The notes under the pieces are model-generated. The model was given only the letters and a program-made list of their open reading frames with translations, was not told the DNA's origin and made no database searches. The position numbers were made by a program, and so were the translations under genes. 64,000 nucleotides of DNA from Octopus sinensis. Lineage: Eukaryota. This document shows, in pieces, positions 50,301 through 63,494 of the stretch. Position 1 is the stretch's first letter; each line of letters opens with the position of its first letter. Where the stretch lies: the NCBI RefSeq assembly GCF_006345805.1, contig NC_043013.1, forward strand, positions 13,516,001-13,580,000, read 5' to 3'.

Positions 50301-52895
50301 AAAATCTCGGACATAACCTTCACTGCCACTGACATCATAGCAGCAATAAATGAGGTCAAATACTACTCTGCTGTAGGCCCTGATAGATTCCCCGCTAGTC
50401 TCCTGAAGGAATGTAGACACCAACTTGCAGTCCCTCTGACCAACCTCTGGAGAAATTCGTTAGATGCAGGTTATATACCGAAACAGTTTCTATCCCAGTC
50501 AGTCATCCCGGTTTTCAAACAGGGAAACAGATCCCTCGCACTCAACTATCGCCCAATCTCACTCACCTCCCACATCATCAAAGTGTTTGAAAGAGTGTTA
50601 AGATCAAGGATGGCTGACTTCCTGGAGACCCAGAAACTCCTAAATGCAAATCAGCATGGCTTTCGCTGTGGCAGGGACTGTCTAACACAGCTCTTACACC
50701 ACATTGAAGATGTATTCAAAGCCTTGGGAACAGGTTCGAACTCTGATGTCATATATATTGACTTCAGTAAAGCGTTCGACAGGGGTTTACCATAATATCC
50801 TACTCTCAAAATTGGCAAATGTTGGAATCCGTGGAAAAGTTCTACACTGGATCAAGTATTTCCTGGCGAATAGAACACAACATGTTGTAGTTGATGGAGT
50901 CCACTCAAGCCCAGCAAAAGTCGCCAACGGTGTCCCCCAGAGGACTGTCTTGATTTCGCTACTCTTCATAATCTACATAAACAACCTTTCCAGTGTCGTA
51001 CATTACTGCAAAGTGAAAATATTTGCTGATGACACCAAGCTCCAGCATATCGTCAATGAAGAAGCAGACCAAACTCAACTCCAGTCTGATCTATATGCTG
51101 TGAGTCAATGGGCAGACAGAAACATAATGCAACTGAAAGAGGGAAAATTTGAGCTGATGCATTTTGGAAGAAATTCCTCACTAAAACAGCCATACTCTCT
51201 TCCTTCAGGGGAACCGCTCACAGCCTCTAACAACATCAGAGACCTAGGTGTAATTGTTGATGACGATCTCAGTTGGAGTGCACACATCAACAAGAAGGTC
51301 GATATAGCTCGTAGGATGAGTTCCTGGATCTTAAGAACTTTCCGGTCCAGAGAACAAGGTATCATCATACCACTTTTCTCCTCCTTTGTACGGCCACACC
51401 TCGAATACTGCTGTCCACTGTGGTCTCCCCATACAAGACAAAACATCTCGAGGATTGAATCACCCCAGAGAGCACTCACTAAACGAATTGAAGGCATGGC
51501 TGCTCTCGATTATTGGGATCGCCTTAAAGCCTTGAAACTCTACTCTCTCCAGCGTCGCCGTGAGCGGTGCATCATTTGTACGATGTGGAGAATATACCGC
51601 TAACTTTGCCCAAACGACCTGAACATAAGCTTCAAGGTTCATCCAAGACTGGGACCACGGGCCATACGTCCCCTGCCCAATTCAAGATCACAGCATACAT
51701 ATACACTACAACATAATTTCTTTTCCTCAACAGGCCCTGCCCTATTTAACATTGTCCCGAAAGAGATCAAAGAGGAACAGGATCCCACCAACTTTAAACG
51801 GAGTCTGGATAGATTCCTTCAAGGAATACCAGATAAGCCACCCATAATTGGATACAACTCACCCAACAAAAACTCACTACTTGAATGGACCATAAGCAAA
51901 ACTTGACTTAAACAGGATTCAAATAATCCTATCAGGTGGTGCTATTAAGTTAGACATGGCCTGGACCAATCATTGGTCGAAACACATCTAAGTTTTTTAA
52001 GTATATGCTGGGATTGTTAACAGATTGTGAAAAATTCAAATTAAAGGAATTAACTTTGGATATGTTCAAATGTCTAATTTTTGTTCAAAGACTAACTGCA
52101 AGCAAAGATGCAGATATACGTTCCCAGATATTAACGAAAGTAGAACAGGACCAAAAATTAATTCTCCAGGTAGTGGCAGAAGCATGCCAAAGGGTTATGA
52201 ATTTAAGATATAGCACAGGTAAAATTGAAGAAAAAGATTACTCTCATAATCATGCGTGTCGACCTGTAACGAGTAGTGAAAAAGAAAAATATGTGAAGAC
52301 TGAATCCATGTTATGAGTGGGGTGGTCTGCATTTTAAAAATAACTGTCCGTTTAAAAAAAAACGTTTTAAGAGTAGTGAAAATGGGCATAAAAAGCTCAC
52401 ACTATAGAAAGTAACAGAAAAAAAAAGCTCGAAAGAAAAAAATTCTGGGAAATCTGTATTGTCAATAGTAATCAAATAAGAAAATTTGTATTCATAAAAA
52501 TGAATGATGTTGATACCAAACTACAATCAGATATGGAAAGTGATATCTCTATAATTAACGCAGATACATGGAAAAAATTGCACCATGATGTTTCAGGAAA
52601 AAAATTACATTTTAAGGGCGAAATGTTAAGTGAGATTACATTTCGTGAAAAAACTTTAAAAGCCAAAGTTTTTGTGTTGAATGATACGGCAAATTTATTC
52701 CGAACAGACTGGATGGAATTATTTAACTTATGGGATCTCTCCATAAATTGTTGTTTCTGTAAAAATATGAATTGCTTTTCTGCCAGTACAAATAAGGCGT
52801 CGGACGGATGAAAAATAAAATTTAAAAGATTTTTCCTGAAGTTTTTTTCTGATGAATTAGATTTGTGCACCAAAAACAAAGGCGAAGTTTCAACT
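47038..52895 (+). repeat. inverted segmental duplicate (copy B) of 19855-23159, with an extra 2.6-kb LINE
   Basis: Colinear reverse-complement match apart from 49436-52003. Confidence 0.93.
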
Positions 52896-54025
52896 ACAAG
52901 GAAATGCTATAACGGTATCTAAACCAAAACGAACTCCGCCTTTCGCAGCGTTGAAACAAATAAATGAAGAATTTGATAGACGTAAAAAGCTTGGGGTTAC
53001 GGAAAAACTTGTTTATGCTGAATGGGCATCACCAACAGTTTACGTCAAGGAAAAGCAATAAAATCCAGGTATGTGCTGATTATTCTAACAGGTTTAAACG
53101 AGTGTTTGATGACACATAATTACCCACTATCAAGCCCGGAAGAAATATTCGCCAAGTTAAATGGCGGAATTTTTTTTCAAAGTTGAACGTATCTGAAGGT
53201 ACAACTTGAGGAGGAATGCTAAAAATTATTAACAATAAATGCACAGAGAGGAGTATATAAATTTAACAGATCTCATTTTGGTGTAAAGGCAGCACCAGGT
53301 ATTTTCCAACGAGTCATGGACACTATGCTCGTAGTTGCGGATTTCGCAGTAGCCTACATGGATGACATACTCATTAAAAGCGAATCCCAGGACCAGCATG
53401 TAGGGCAAGTGAAATATGAGTTCGAAAGAATAAAGGATTATGGCTTCACTTTGAGTGAGGAGAAGTGTGAATTCTCACCGAAAATAAAATCTCTAGAGCA
53501 AATCATCGACAAAAATGGACGTGGACTAGATGTGTTGAGGGCAGATGCAGTTAAAAATATGCGCCCTCCATTAAACATATCGATCTTACAAGATTTTTTG
53601 GAAGTTGAAAATTATTATCATAATTATATACCAAATATGCACAAGGTAAGAATTCCACTGAACAATCTACTAAAATAAGATATAAATTGGAATTGATCTG
53701 AAATGGTCAGGTGTTCGATGAAATTAAGAAAAAAACATTAACATCTGATTTGTTTTGTGTAACGTCATACGTGAATTGCCTGTTACATTGCAAGACATAA
53801 AAAGTAAAAGCGAAAGACGACAATGTGTTCATGTATGCACAAAGAGCCGCAGTGCTAGCCGCACTGCAGAAGCGATTACTAAAGTAATTTCACATTAGTT
53901 ACCCAGGGATTTCGGGAATGAGATCATTAATGAAAAGTTACGCATATTGGTCAACAATGGACCGTGACATTGAAGAACTAGTAAAATCATGCAGAGGCTG
54001 TGCCCTAGCTGCAAAAATACATCCT
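48897..54025 (+). mobile_element. Ty3/Gypsy (K02A2.6-like) LTR retrotransposon internal remnant
   Basis: PBS-like tggtgacgag (48897-48906), polyQ gag, zinc knuckle, protease LQSDMESDISII, RT YPL..PEEIFAKLNGG...FGVKAAPGIFQRVMD...AYMDDILI, integrase zinc finger H..YPGI..MRSL..SYAYW..MDRDIEELVKSCRGC. Most of RNase H appears deleted; LTRs not resolved. Confidence 0.88.
49436..52003 (+). mobile_element. 5'-truncated APE-type LINE inserted in Gypsy gag
   Basis: End of endonuclease (PTRHNKTILDLVLTN, LSDHDMV), RT (NYRPISLTSH, QHGFR.GRDCLTQLL, YIDFSKAFD, GVPQ, IFADDTKL), 3' UTR; flanked by tat/tat; absent from copy A. Confidence 0.92.
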
Positions 54026-54029
54026 TAAA

Positions 54030-54271
54030 GGACTCATATTCCGGGTCCATTTGAGTGGGATGCGCTGCTCGACCCGAAGAAAATTCTAACTGGGCCCCAC
54101 CTGCAAGGCCATGCGCTGTTTATTTTGATATGACGTCACCATGTCGCGCACTTATGCTTGTGATGCATGTGCCTGGTGTACCCTTATCAAGCGAGTAGTC
54201 ACGATTGGTATACTGGGCATCGTATATTTTACCCCAGTGTCACTTTGATGGCGTGCACTGCCCTCTCACTC

Positions 54272-54320
<49 letters not shown>

Positions 54321-54863
54321 GCCCTGATGCCGTACCAGAAACTGTCCCTCGTGGCTTCTCATCTTATCTGATTGGAAGTGTTATCATATACATTGATTTG
54401 TTTTTGGTATAAAGGATGGGCAACAGCAAATTTTCTGCTCTATATCACAGATTTGCTTGTCAGTTGTTTGACCTTAACCAATTGAGCATGTCTCTTAATG
54501 GCTGACAATATTTGCAACTCTGATCACGGGTAGCAGTAGTGGGGACCATCATAGTTATGTGTTGAGAGGAATTCTTTGGGGTTTAATTAATTCACCTCTA
54601 GAGACACGAGTACTTCGTTCATCATCCTTAAAATAAACCTTATTCAGGAACCTTTTGAGCGAGGTGCGCTACTCGACCTGAAGAAAATTCCACCCGCATG
54701 GTTAAGTGGTATTTATCTTGATATGACGTCACCATGCTGCGTACATATGTTTGTGATGTATGTGCTTGGTGTAACCTCATTAGAAGGTTAGTCATGATGG
54801 GTATACTGAGCTTCCTATATTTTGCTCCGGTTTCACTATGAAAGATGCACTACTCTCACACTC

Positions 54864-54910
<47 letters not shown>

Positions 54911-55142
54911 TAATAATAATAATAATGAGAAGAAGAAGAAGAAGAAGAAGAAGAAGAAGAAGAAGAAGAAGAAGAAGAAGAAGAAGAAGAAGAAGAAGAA
55001 CCTTATCGATTGAAGTTTCTATTTAGTATTCTTCACATCCACCAGCTTTCAGTTATACTGTAACATCTCTTATCCTTCACTCGCCCTATGACGCTAGGTG
55101 TGGCTCAGCTAGTGATTGTAACAAACATGCACATTACAAGTA

Positions 55143-55228
<86 letters not shown>

Positions 55229-55684
55229 CCCTGATGCATTACCAGACACTGGCTCTCATGTCTTCTGATCTTAACTGATTGGAAATGCTATCATTTACAT
55301 TGATTTGTTTTGGTATAAGAGATGTGCTACAGCAAATATTCTGCTTAATATCACAGATTTACTTGTCAGATGTTTGCTTTAATCAGTTGAGCATGTCCTT
55401 TAGTGGCTGTCGATTTGTGCAGAAGTAGTGGGGGAGTATCATAGCCATGTGTTGAGAGAAATTCTTGCAGGTTTTGAATAATTCACGTCTGGAGATATGG
55501 ATGCTTCGTTCATCATCCTTAAAACAAGCCTTATTCAGGAACCTCTTGAGCGGAGTGATCTACTTAAACTGGGTGGCTGTGTTGCATGTGCTAGGTGTAC
55601 CCTTATCAAAAGGGTAGTCATGATGGTTATACTGGGCTTCATATATTTCATTCCACTGTCATTTGGATTGCATGCGCTGTTCTT

Positions 55685-55715
<31 letters not shown>

Positions 55716-55731
55716 TAATAATAATAATAAA

Positions 55732-55787
<56 letters not shown>

Positions 55788-56332
55788 CAGTACCAGGCAG
55801 TGGCTCTCATGGCTTCTGATCTTAACTGATTGGAAGTGTTATCATGTACATTGTTTTGTCTTGGTATAAAAGATGGGCTACAGCAAATATTCTGCTCAAT
55901 ACCACAGATTTGCTTGTCAGTTGTTTGACCATAACCAGTTGAGCATGTCCCTTAGTGGCTGACAATACGTGCATCTCTGATCACGAGCAGAAGTAGTGGG
56001 GGAGCATCATGGCCATGTGTTGAGAGGAATTCTTTGGAGTTTGAATGGTTCACCTCTGGAAACATAGGTGTTTCGTTCAACATCCTAAAGCAACCCTTAT
56101 TCAAGGACCTTTTGAGCAGGATGGGCTACTCAACCTGAAGAAAATTCTAACTGGGCCCCACCTGCAAGGTCATGTGCTGTTTATCTTGATATGAGATCAC
56201 CATGTCGCGCACATATGGTTGTGATGCATGTGCCTGGTGTACCTTTATCAGACGGGTAGTCATGATGGGTATATTGGGCTTCGTATATTTTACCCCAGTG
56301 TCACTTTGATGGCATGAACTGCTCTCTCACTC

Positions 56333-56376
<44 letters not shown>

Positions 56377-56451
56377 TAATAATAATAATAATAAATATAT
56401 TAATAATAATAATAATAACAATAATAATAATAAAATATAATAATAATAATT
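54030..56451 (+). repeat. head-to-tail array of four diverged ~250-550-bp units, each ending in (AAT)n
   Basis: Shared segments such as gattggaagtgttatcat, cagcaaatattctgct, gaagaaaattctaactgggccccacctgcaagg and gcactgc.ctctcactcaataataat. Units ~54030-54271 (partial), 54318-54862, 55227-55685 and 55786-56332. Confidence 0.9.
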
Positions 56452-56589
56452 AACTGGACCCGTTAAAATGTCACGGAAAATAAGTGTAAGCATCTGTAAA
56501 TTGTGTGCGTGTGCTATGAGAAATGTTTCTGTATTGTGACAATTACAGAATATAGAAAGTGGTGTAAAATCAGTAAGCATATAACCCTT

Positions 56590-56800
56590 GCTACCCTGGG
56601 CACAGGGCTTGAAATTTGGGGAGACGCGATAACACGATTACATCAACGCATGTACGGAACTGGTACTTATTGCATCGACCCCGAAAGGATGAACGACAAA
56701 GTCGACCATGGCAGAATTTGAACTCAGAACGTAGTGACGGGGGGAAGTACCGCCAAGCATTTTGTCCCGCCTGTTAACGAATCTGTCAGCTAACCGCCTT
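56590..56800 (-). mobile_element. SINE fragment
   Basis: Reverse strand ggcggttagctgacagattcgttaac...gttctgagttcaaattctgccatggtcgactttg. Confidence 0.7.
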
Positions 56801-56952
56801 GGAATAAATTGAAAACAAAGCAATAACTATATAATCCAACCCAAATATCTCAGTTACGCATACGGAAGCAGTATTACTAGTTAGCCATAAAATGCATCGC
56901 ACATATTCAAAGAACCTTCTTGGTTTAGTGGAACGGAACCTATTTCTGCTAT

Positions 56953-57240
56953 TCTTTTACTCTTTTACTTGTTTCAGTTATTTGACTGTGACGATGCTGG
57001 AATATCGCCCTTTAGTCGAAGAAATCGACTTCTGAACTTATTTCTTGTAAGCCTGGTGCTTATTCTAGCAAACTATTCTGCCAAACAGCTAGGTTACAGG
57101 GACGCAAACACACCAACATCGGTTATCAAGCGATGGTAGTGAGGGGCACAAATACAGACACAAATTCACACACACACACACACATATATTTATACATAAC
57201 GGGTTTCTTTCAGTTTCCGTCTACCAAATCCCCTCACGAA
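56953..57240 (-). mobile_element. SINE (same family as 34230-34660), lacking head
   Basis: cttttacttgtttcagt.atttgactg...ctttcagtttccgtctaccaaatcc is shared with 34230-34540. Confidence 0.8.
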
Positions 57241-58560
57241 GTGCAGCTGTCTTTGCGTTTGACTCATGTGTTCCCGATTCTGTTGATCTCCCTCTTTCTT
57301 ATTTTGAAAGTGCACTTCTCTTTGGTCTTGGCTCATTTGTTCAACCCCATCCTTTATCCAATCTTTACAGTTGGTCCTTGCCTCCCTTTCCGTTTCTCAT
57401 TTCTCCATCTTTTGCTAACCAAATCCTTTTTACAACCCCACCAATCCACACACCTCTTTCCTTGTTCCTACCCACTTCTATTCACGTTGAAGCGCCACCT
57501 AGACACCTGAGCATTATTATCTATACCTTTTCAGCTCTTCATTATTCTCGCCCAAACCTCTAAAGATAAACAGCTAAAACACGACAAGAACCTTCTCTGA
57601 GAAGATCCTTCTCTGCAACCCACTCTTTCCTTACTGTATCTCTTCATTCCCCAACTTAAAACCTACCAATATTCTTAGCAGCTGCGTGGAAACTTCAGTA
57701 TTGATGGTGGCATGCAAAAAGGTCCCCAGTACACTCTGTAAAGTGGTTAGGATTAGGAAAGGAAGCCAACTGTAGAAATTATGCCAAATTTCACATTGGA
57801 CATTGATGAAACAACTCTTGTTACATTTGGTCATATATTTTCCAGTTAATCACTCGTACTATATATTTGGTTTTCACTTCGACTTTATCGATAATATTAG
57901 GCGTAAGATATTAACGGTACATGTGGAAAACACAATACTTGGAGAGATAACGTGGGACACACAGTACACAGGAAAAATTTTTTTGTATAATTTATTACTA
58001 ATTACACATGTTTAATTTCCTAATACGAGTTGCCAAGATAAACAGGGAACAGGAATATGTAAGAATTCTCCTATTAGAAATTCTTCAGAGAAAGAAAGTA
58101 ATACAAAATTTTATTTGGATGAAGCTTTAATATATAGTTAATGTGTGGATGTACGTGTGCATATAATAACAAGATGGTTATAGTATTTTTAATTTGTAAT
58201 AATTTAAATTGGTCAAAATTATCAAAACCCTAATTGCCTTATGGTTGTCATTTTTGCTGAACTTAAGGTGCTGTATTAAATGCTTGCCAGATATTGCTTT
58301 TTAACCCTCCTCTATAGGCGTTCATCCCTTCAACATTGAACCTACTCCACTCCATCACTTTTATTTTATATAAATACCAGTGATATTGTGGTTTTGATGC
58401 GGTTTACTGAATATTTCATTATTACTGAAATTGTCCAAATACCTCAGGATAAAAATCAATATTTTAATTTCTTTAAGAATCAATTATCGAGAGATGTAGG
58501 TGCTTAGTGGGTCTTTCAATATGTTGAAGAAAAGTTATCTGGAAATGTCTGTCTACTTAC

Positions 58561-58619
58561 ATATCCGAAACAAATGTCGGTTTAAAATACCGTTGAATTA
58601 GTCTTTCTGATGCTTGAGG
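58561..58619 (-). CDS. candidate upstream exon of TRPM-like paralog B
   Basis: Strong acceptor (ttttttctcttttctctag) and donor (gtaagt). The 59 nt read PQASERLIQRYFKPTFVSD+at, and phase 2 matches the start of exon 39526-39610. No clear family motif. Confidence 0.55.
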
Positions 58620-59512
58620 CTAGAGAAAAGAGAAAAAACAATGTTAATTGTTGAAAGAAACGTTTGGGTTAGTATTTCTAGGTATAGAAAACAAGTTTTA
58701 AGTAAAATATATGTTTGAAGGAGGAGGTACATAAGTAACAGTAGTAAGCAAGAGGCAAAGAATAACCACATCTAAAAGTCTAACAACTACACACGGATAT
58801 AGACACAGAAAAATCCATTTACAGATAAAAGATAAACAGTTTTATTTTCAATTTAGTTTTAGAGATTTCAACATGGTTAGCATCATTGAATTCAAATGAA
58901 GGTCTGAAATCGTATTTACAACTATTTTATTTTTATGAAGTTCAGTATTTATGATATCAGTGCAGATCCTTTTAATATCTTACTAATTTAGGCATAATTA
59001 AATAAAATCTTTAGGAAAATAATATCATGAGATGCAATATGAAACACAATTTATATATGTATACATGAATTATAAAGTTCACATCCTGAAATCACCAAAA
59101 GACTCCCAAGAGACAAAAATTCTAAGAAGAAAAACATTAAAGACATTAAATAGTTTTATAAGTTATAAAAAGTTTTTTTTTAAAATTATGATGAACATAT
59201 AAATATCATTTAATGTAAGTTTATTTAAGCGTGTACATATTAATTCTACATTTTCCCAATTGAAAAAAATTTTATACAATATTTTATATGAAATTTGTAC
59301 AACTTTTGCAAGGATTGTGCAGTCTAAACAGGAACTAACTTATCTTTCTCAATTCACCCATGATTGCAGGTGTCTTGCACAAATACTATTCACTTATGAA
59401 CCTAATCCGAACACTTCCTTGCTACACTAGGGTATTAGTTCTAGTGACAAGAACATCTATATTCCCAGAAGATCAACATAGGAATCAACAAAGCGAACCT
59501 GACTGGAGTACA

Positions 59513-59549
<37 letters not shown>

Positions 59550-59553
<4 letters not shown>

Positions 59554-60600
59554 TTTGTCAAGAAAGCTCTAGTGGTTTTTAACCTTTAAATTCAGATACA
59601 CATATCTCGGCTCAGACATCGTCTTATTTTTTTAAGCATTTCTCACGGAAGTTGACGAAATGCTTGAAAAAGTGGTAGTCGGTAGGAGACAGGTCTAGTG
59701 AGTACGGCGGATGAGGCAGAGTTTCGTAGCCCAATTCATTCAACTTCTGCAGGGTCAGTTGTGCAACGTGCGGCCGAGCGTTGTGGTGGAGAAGAATTGG
59801 TCCTTTTCTATTGACCTATGCTGGCTATTGTTGTCGGAGTTTCTTATGCATTCCATCCATTTACTGACAGTACTTCTCCGCCGTAATGGTTTGGGATCCA
59901 AAAAGCTGTGATGGATGAGACCGGCCGCAGACCACCAAACAGTCACTAAGACCTTCTTTTGGTGCAACTTTAGCTTCGGGAAGTACCTTAGAGCTTCGTC
60001 GTTGTCCAACCACTGAGATGAGCGTCGCCGGTCGTCGTAAAGATTCCACTTTTCATCGCAAGTCACAATCCGGTCAAGAAATGTGTTGTTTTTGTTGCGT
60101 AAAAGAAGGGTAGACGACACTTCAAAACGGCGTTTTCTTTCTTTTTTGGTTGTCGTTCAATTCGTGCGGCACCCATTTCTCGAGTATTTTTGTTTTTCCA
60201 ATCTCTTTCAAGTGGTTGGAAGTTGTCGTTTACGTTACGTCTAATTCAGAAGCAAGCTCTTGAGCAGATGTGTGTGGATTGGTTTTCACTAAGGCTCTTA
60301 GTTGATCGTTGTCAACATCCGATCGCTGACCACTACGCTTATCATCTTCAAGACTCTCATCACCGCTACGAAATCTCTTGAACCACCATTGTGCTGTACG
60401 TTCATTAGTGGTTCCTGTGGAGCCAAACACATCGTTGCTATCGCGAGTTGTTTCAGCAGCTTTTCGGCCTAACTTGAACTGCAATAAGAAAATTATGCGA
60501 ATTTGCTTTTTGTTCATGTTGTATTCAACGTTCCAGAAAAAATGGCCTAATTATTAAAAAAAAAAAGAGTAACACGATTAGATAGAGCGAAAAACAAGCT
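59550..60600 (-). mobile_element. mariner (Hsmar1/SETMAR-like) element, largely complete but frameshifted
   Basis: MNKKQIRIIFLLQFKLGRKAAET, WFKRFRSGDESLED, KWVPHEL, RIVTCDEKW, HHNARPH, LPHPPYSLDLSPTDYHFFKH. Confidence 0.92.
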
Positions 60601-60674
60601 TTAAAATGTTATCTAAAGTCAAAGAAATCTACCGAAAACTAATTTGAAAATACATCATTTCCTGACATCCTAAC

Positions 60675-60711
<37 letters not shown>

Positions 60712-61049
60712 CACACACACATCATCATCATCATTGTTCGACCGTGGTCGAGACATTCATAGTCTTTTCAAATGGCTAATAATGTGTGCGCGCGCCACTA
60801 CTACACACATCGGAAAGCATTGTACAACCAAGTACTAAAGAAGATCTTTCCTCCTCCCTGAAACAAAGCTGTTCCCGCTGGACGTCAACCCAGTATTTCT
60901 AAGCTACGGACCCAGTGATTTATTGTAAGGTTATCTCCCTAGATAGATTGCCTTCACTACGGCTAAGGAGCCCTTTCTACCCCCCCCCCCACACACACAC
61001 GTATATTACGTTCACTTTCCAAGTAGCACTGCAACACAATCCCGTTTTC

Positions 61050-61700
61050 TTTGTTGGACCAGTTCTCCTCCCTGCTCTATAATTTGCTGTTGCTGTATTA
61101 GGATAACAGCTGTGATCAATCTGCATCTTTATTGAACCAATGCCGAGCGAGAGGCTTTCTCTTAAGGACCCAACCTCATTTTTTCTGTCACATCCACACT
61201 TTCTATGCGAACTCCTGTCGCATAAACTGAGTTAAGATTTCTTTCCCCACCATCGTCATCACCATTATTTTTCAACAACTGATTGCTTCAAGTAACTTTC
61301 TGTTGGTTGGTTTTGCTATGGGTCATTCTTTACAGCGTTTACCTTTTCGCAGAACACCGCCCGTGGAATGTGTTGATGTTTCTTTCGTATTTATAATAAT
61401 TCTTGATGTATAAACGAGAGTCCGTGAAGAATCAGTAATGCGCATTCTCTCCCCGTTTGGCAATTCTTTGCCCCTACATTTTACTCTTTTCTCCCGCTTC
61501 AAAGTAAGCACCGAAAACTTCGAGATATGTATTTCCGTCACTATATCCTTGTTGCACATTTGCACAGTCTCAACACCAGCCTTTCCTTTTCAGACTCTGC
61601 CGTTTGCGAAAAGTTTTAATCAGCCATAAAGAGGTGTTTGAGACGGGGTCCATTCTTTCTCAGCTTATAGTGACCATTGATTTTGCATAGCGCTACAGAA
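61050..61700 (-). mobile_element. R4/Dong-like LINE RT fragment
   Basis: YKLRKNGPRLKHLFMAD, VQMCNKDI...ISKFSVLTLKR, LPNGE; homologous to 11745-12060. Confidence 0.75.
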
Positions 61701-62015
61701 AGTTCAAACCAACATTCTACATGCTATTACTTATAGTTTAATCTAAAACTATTTTTCACTCATACACACACACACACACACACTAGTTAGAATGTACTCT
61801 TGATGCGTAAAAAAATTAACGTATTCCTTCTTAAATATGGTAAATGTGATCAACCTAAGAGACAGAAAGTTGAAGCAGAAAGAAACCACAAGCTAGCAGC
61901 ATATCTAAATATTCAGGAAATATTCAGTATGTGAACTAATAAGAGTTTGGGGAGTGAGATGGGGTGGGCACCCACAGTGACTTAGTATTATAAATAATGA
62001 CAAGAAGGAAAGCAT

Positions 62016-62281
62016 TGGTATAAGGAAGGAGTTAGAGTCATCAAAAGACCGATAGAAAAGAATGTCAGTAGAATTCTCTGACGAAATTAGAGAGGAGGCG
62101 AGGAACAAGACAAAAGTCACATCGGATTACAAAGGCGCAGTATGGCTATAGATAAGGAGTAATGAAGTGCATCATATTTTAGGGATACTAAACCACTAGG
62201 AACCAGACGTGGCTTGAGATGCGTCATTGGGGAGGCTGGTTGGTGGAGCGTCAACCTGTAATATGCGGTTAAACAAATGAG
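62016..62281 (-). repeat. unclassified dispersed repeat, copy 2
   Basis: Reverse complement of 11485-11748. Confidence 0.85.
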
Positions 62282-62800
62282 ATGGCGGCGTGGATTTCCA
62301 CCTCGGCATCCGAAACTCGGAGTTTTATCACGGCTACTGAATAATTGTCACATTATATTTACAGATAAATTCCACTATTTACATAATATCAAGGTCTCTT
62401 TCATTCTTTTGCAGTCTTACCATTTTTATCAATATATATATATATATAGTAGAAATATGTTACAAAAATAAAATATAAAATACAAGTGGAAATGTAAAGT
62501 TAAGATATGAAAAATCAACGAAAATGCACATGGCAAATAATAAAAGGCTATTTATGACAGGTAACGACAAATATATACATTTAGGTTGACTGAGGTAGTA
62601 ATACGAGTCATAAAAGTCATTATTATGAGATAATTATAAGATGATAATAAAGTAAGAGATAAAAACGGACCATGGTTTACGCAAAGTCATTCATTGTTTG
62701 AAAAAAATATATATATAATGTCAAACTGTACTCTTTCTTTTTGACTCGAACACCTTCAATTCTCTCTCTCTCTCACTCTCTCTTTATCTCTCTCTCTCTC

Positions 62801-62831
<31 letters not shown>

Positions 62832-62843
62832 TTGTGTGTGTGT

Positions 62844-63138
62844 GGAGGCGCAATGGCCCAGTGGTTAGGGCAGTGGACTCGCGGTCGTAGGATCGCGGTT
62901 TCGATTCCAGATCGGGCATTGTGAGTGTTTATTGAGCGAAAACACCTATAGCTCCACGAGATTCCAGCAGCGGGTGGTGGCGATCCCTGCTGTACTGTTT
63001 CGCCGCAACTTTCTTCTGTTGGCCTGCTCACTTAGCCAGCGGGGTGGCGTCATTTGAAGGCTAAATCAATGCGAAGCGCATTGTGACCAGCGATGTATAG
63101 CAACATTTGATAGCCTGGTCGGTCACATGATCACGTGA
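62844..63138 (+). mobile_element. tRNA-derived SINE
   Basis: ggaggcgcaatggcccagtggttagggcagtggactcgcggtcgtaggatcgcggtttcgattcc head, shared with 33278-33579. Confidence 0.82.
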
Positions 63139-63494
63139 TATATATATATATATCAATTCTAATTTACCCTAATTATACAAAAAAGTCAGTAGCTGGTTCA
63201 ACCATTGCGTAATATAATAGTTATCACTTCTAATATAGAAAACTTATTTTGCTCAATGATTATGTAAAATAGTAAACTAATCTATCACTACAAGAAATTG
63301 AACGCTGCTTCACATATGTGAAAAATAATAATCAACTGTACATTGGTATACTGGAAAATGTATTAAGATATTCATAAGCAAAATTTATAAGGTTACTGTT
63401 AATACAGAGTTTTTGATGAAATTCCAAAACACACATTGGTCATAATTTGTGCAAACAGAAGTAATAGAGAAATAAATGAAAAACATTAAATTAC

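Noticed and set aside
54167-56580. Poly-N/poly-I/poly-K ORFs
   Set aside because: They are (AAT)n and (GAA)n runs.
62844-62920. tRNA genes (also 33500-33579, 34590-34660, 2998-3070)
   Set aside because: They have A/B boxes but no complete cloverleaf and run into SINE bodies.
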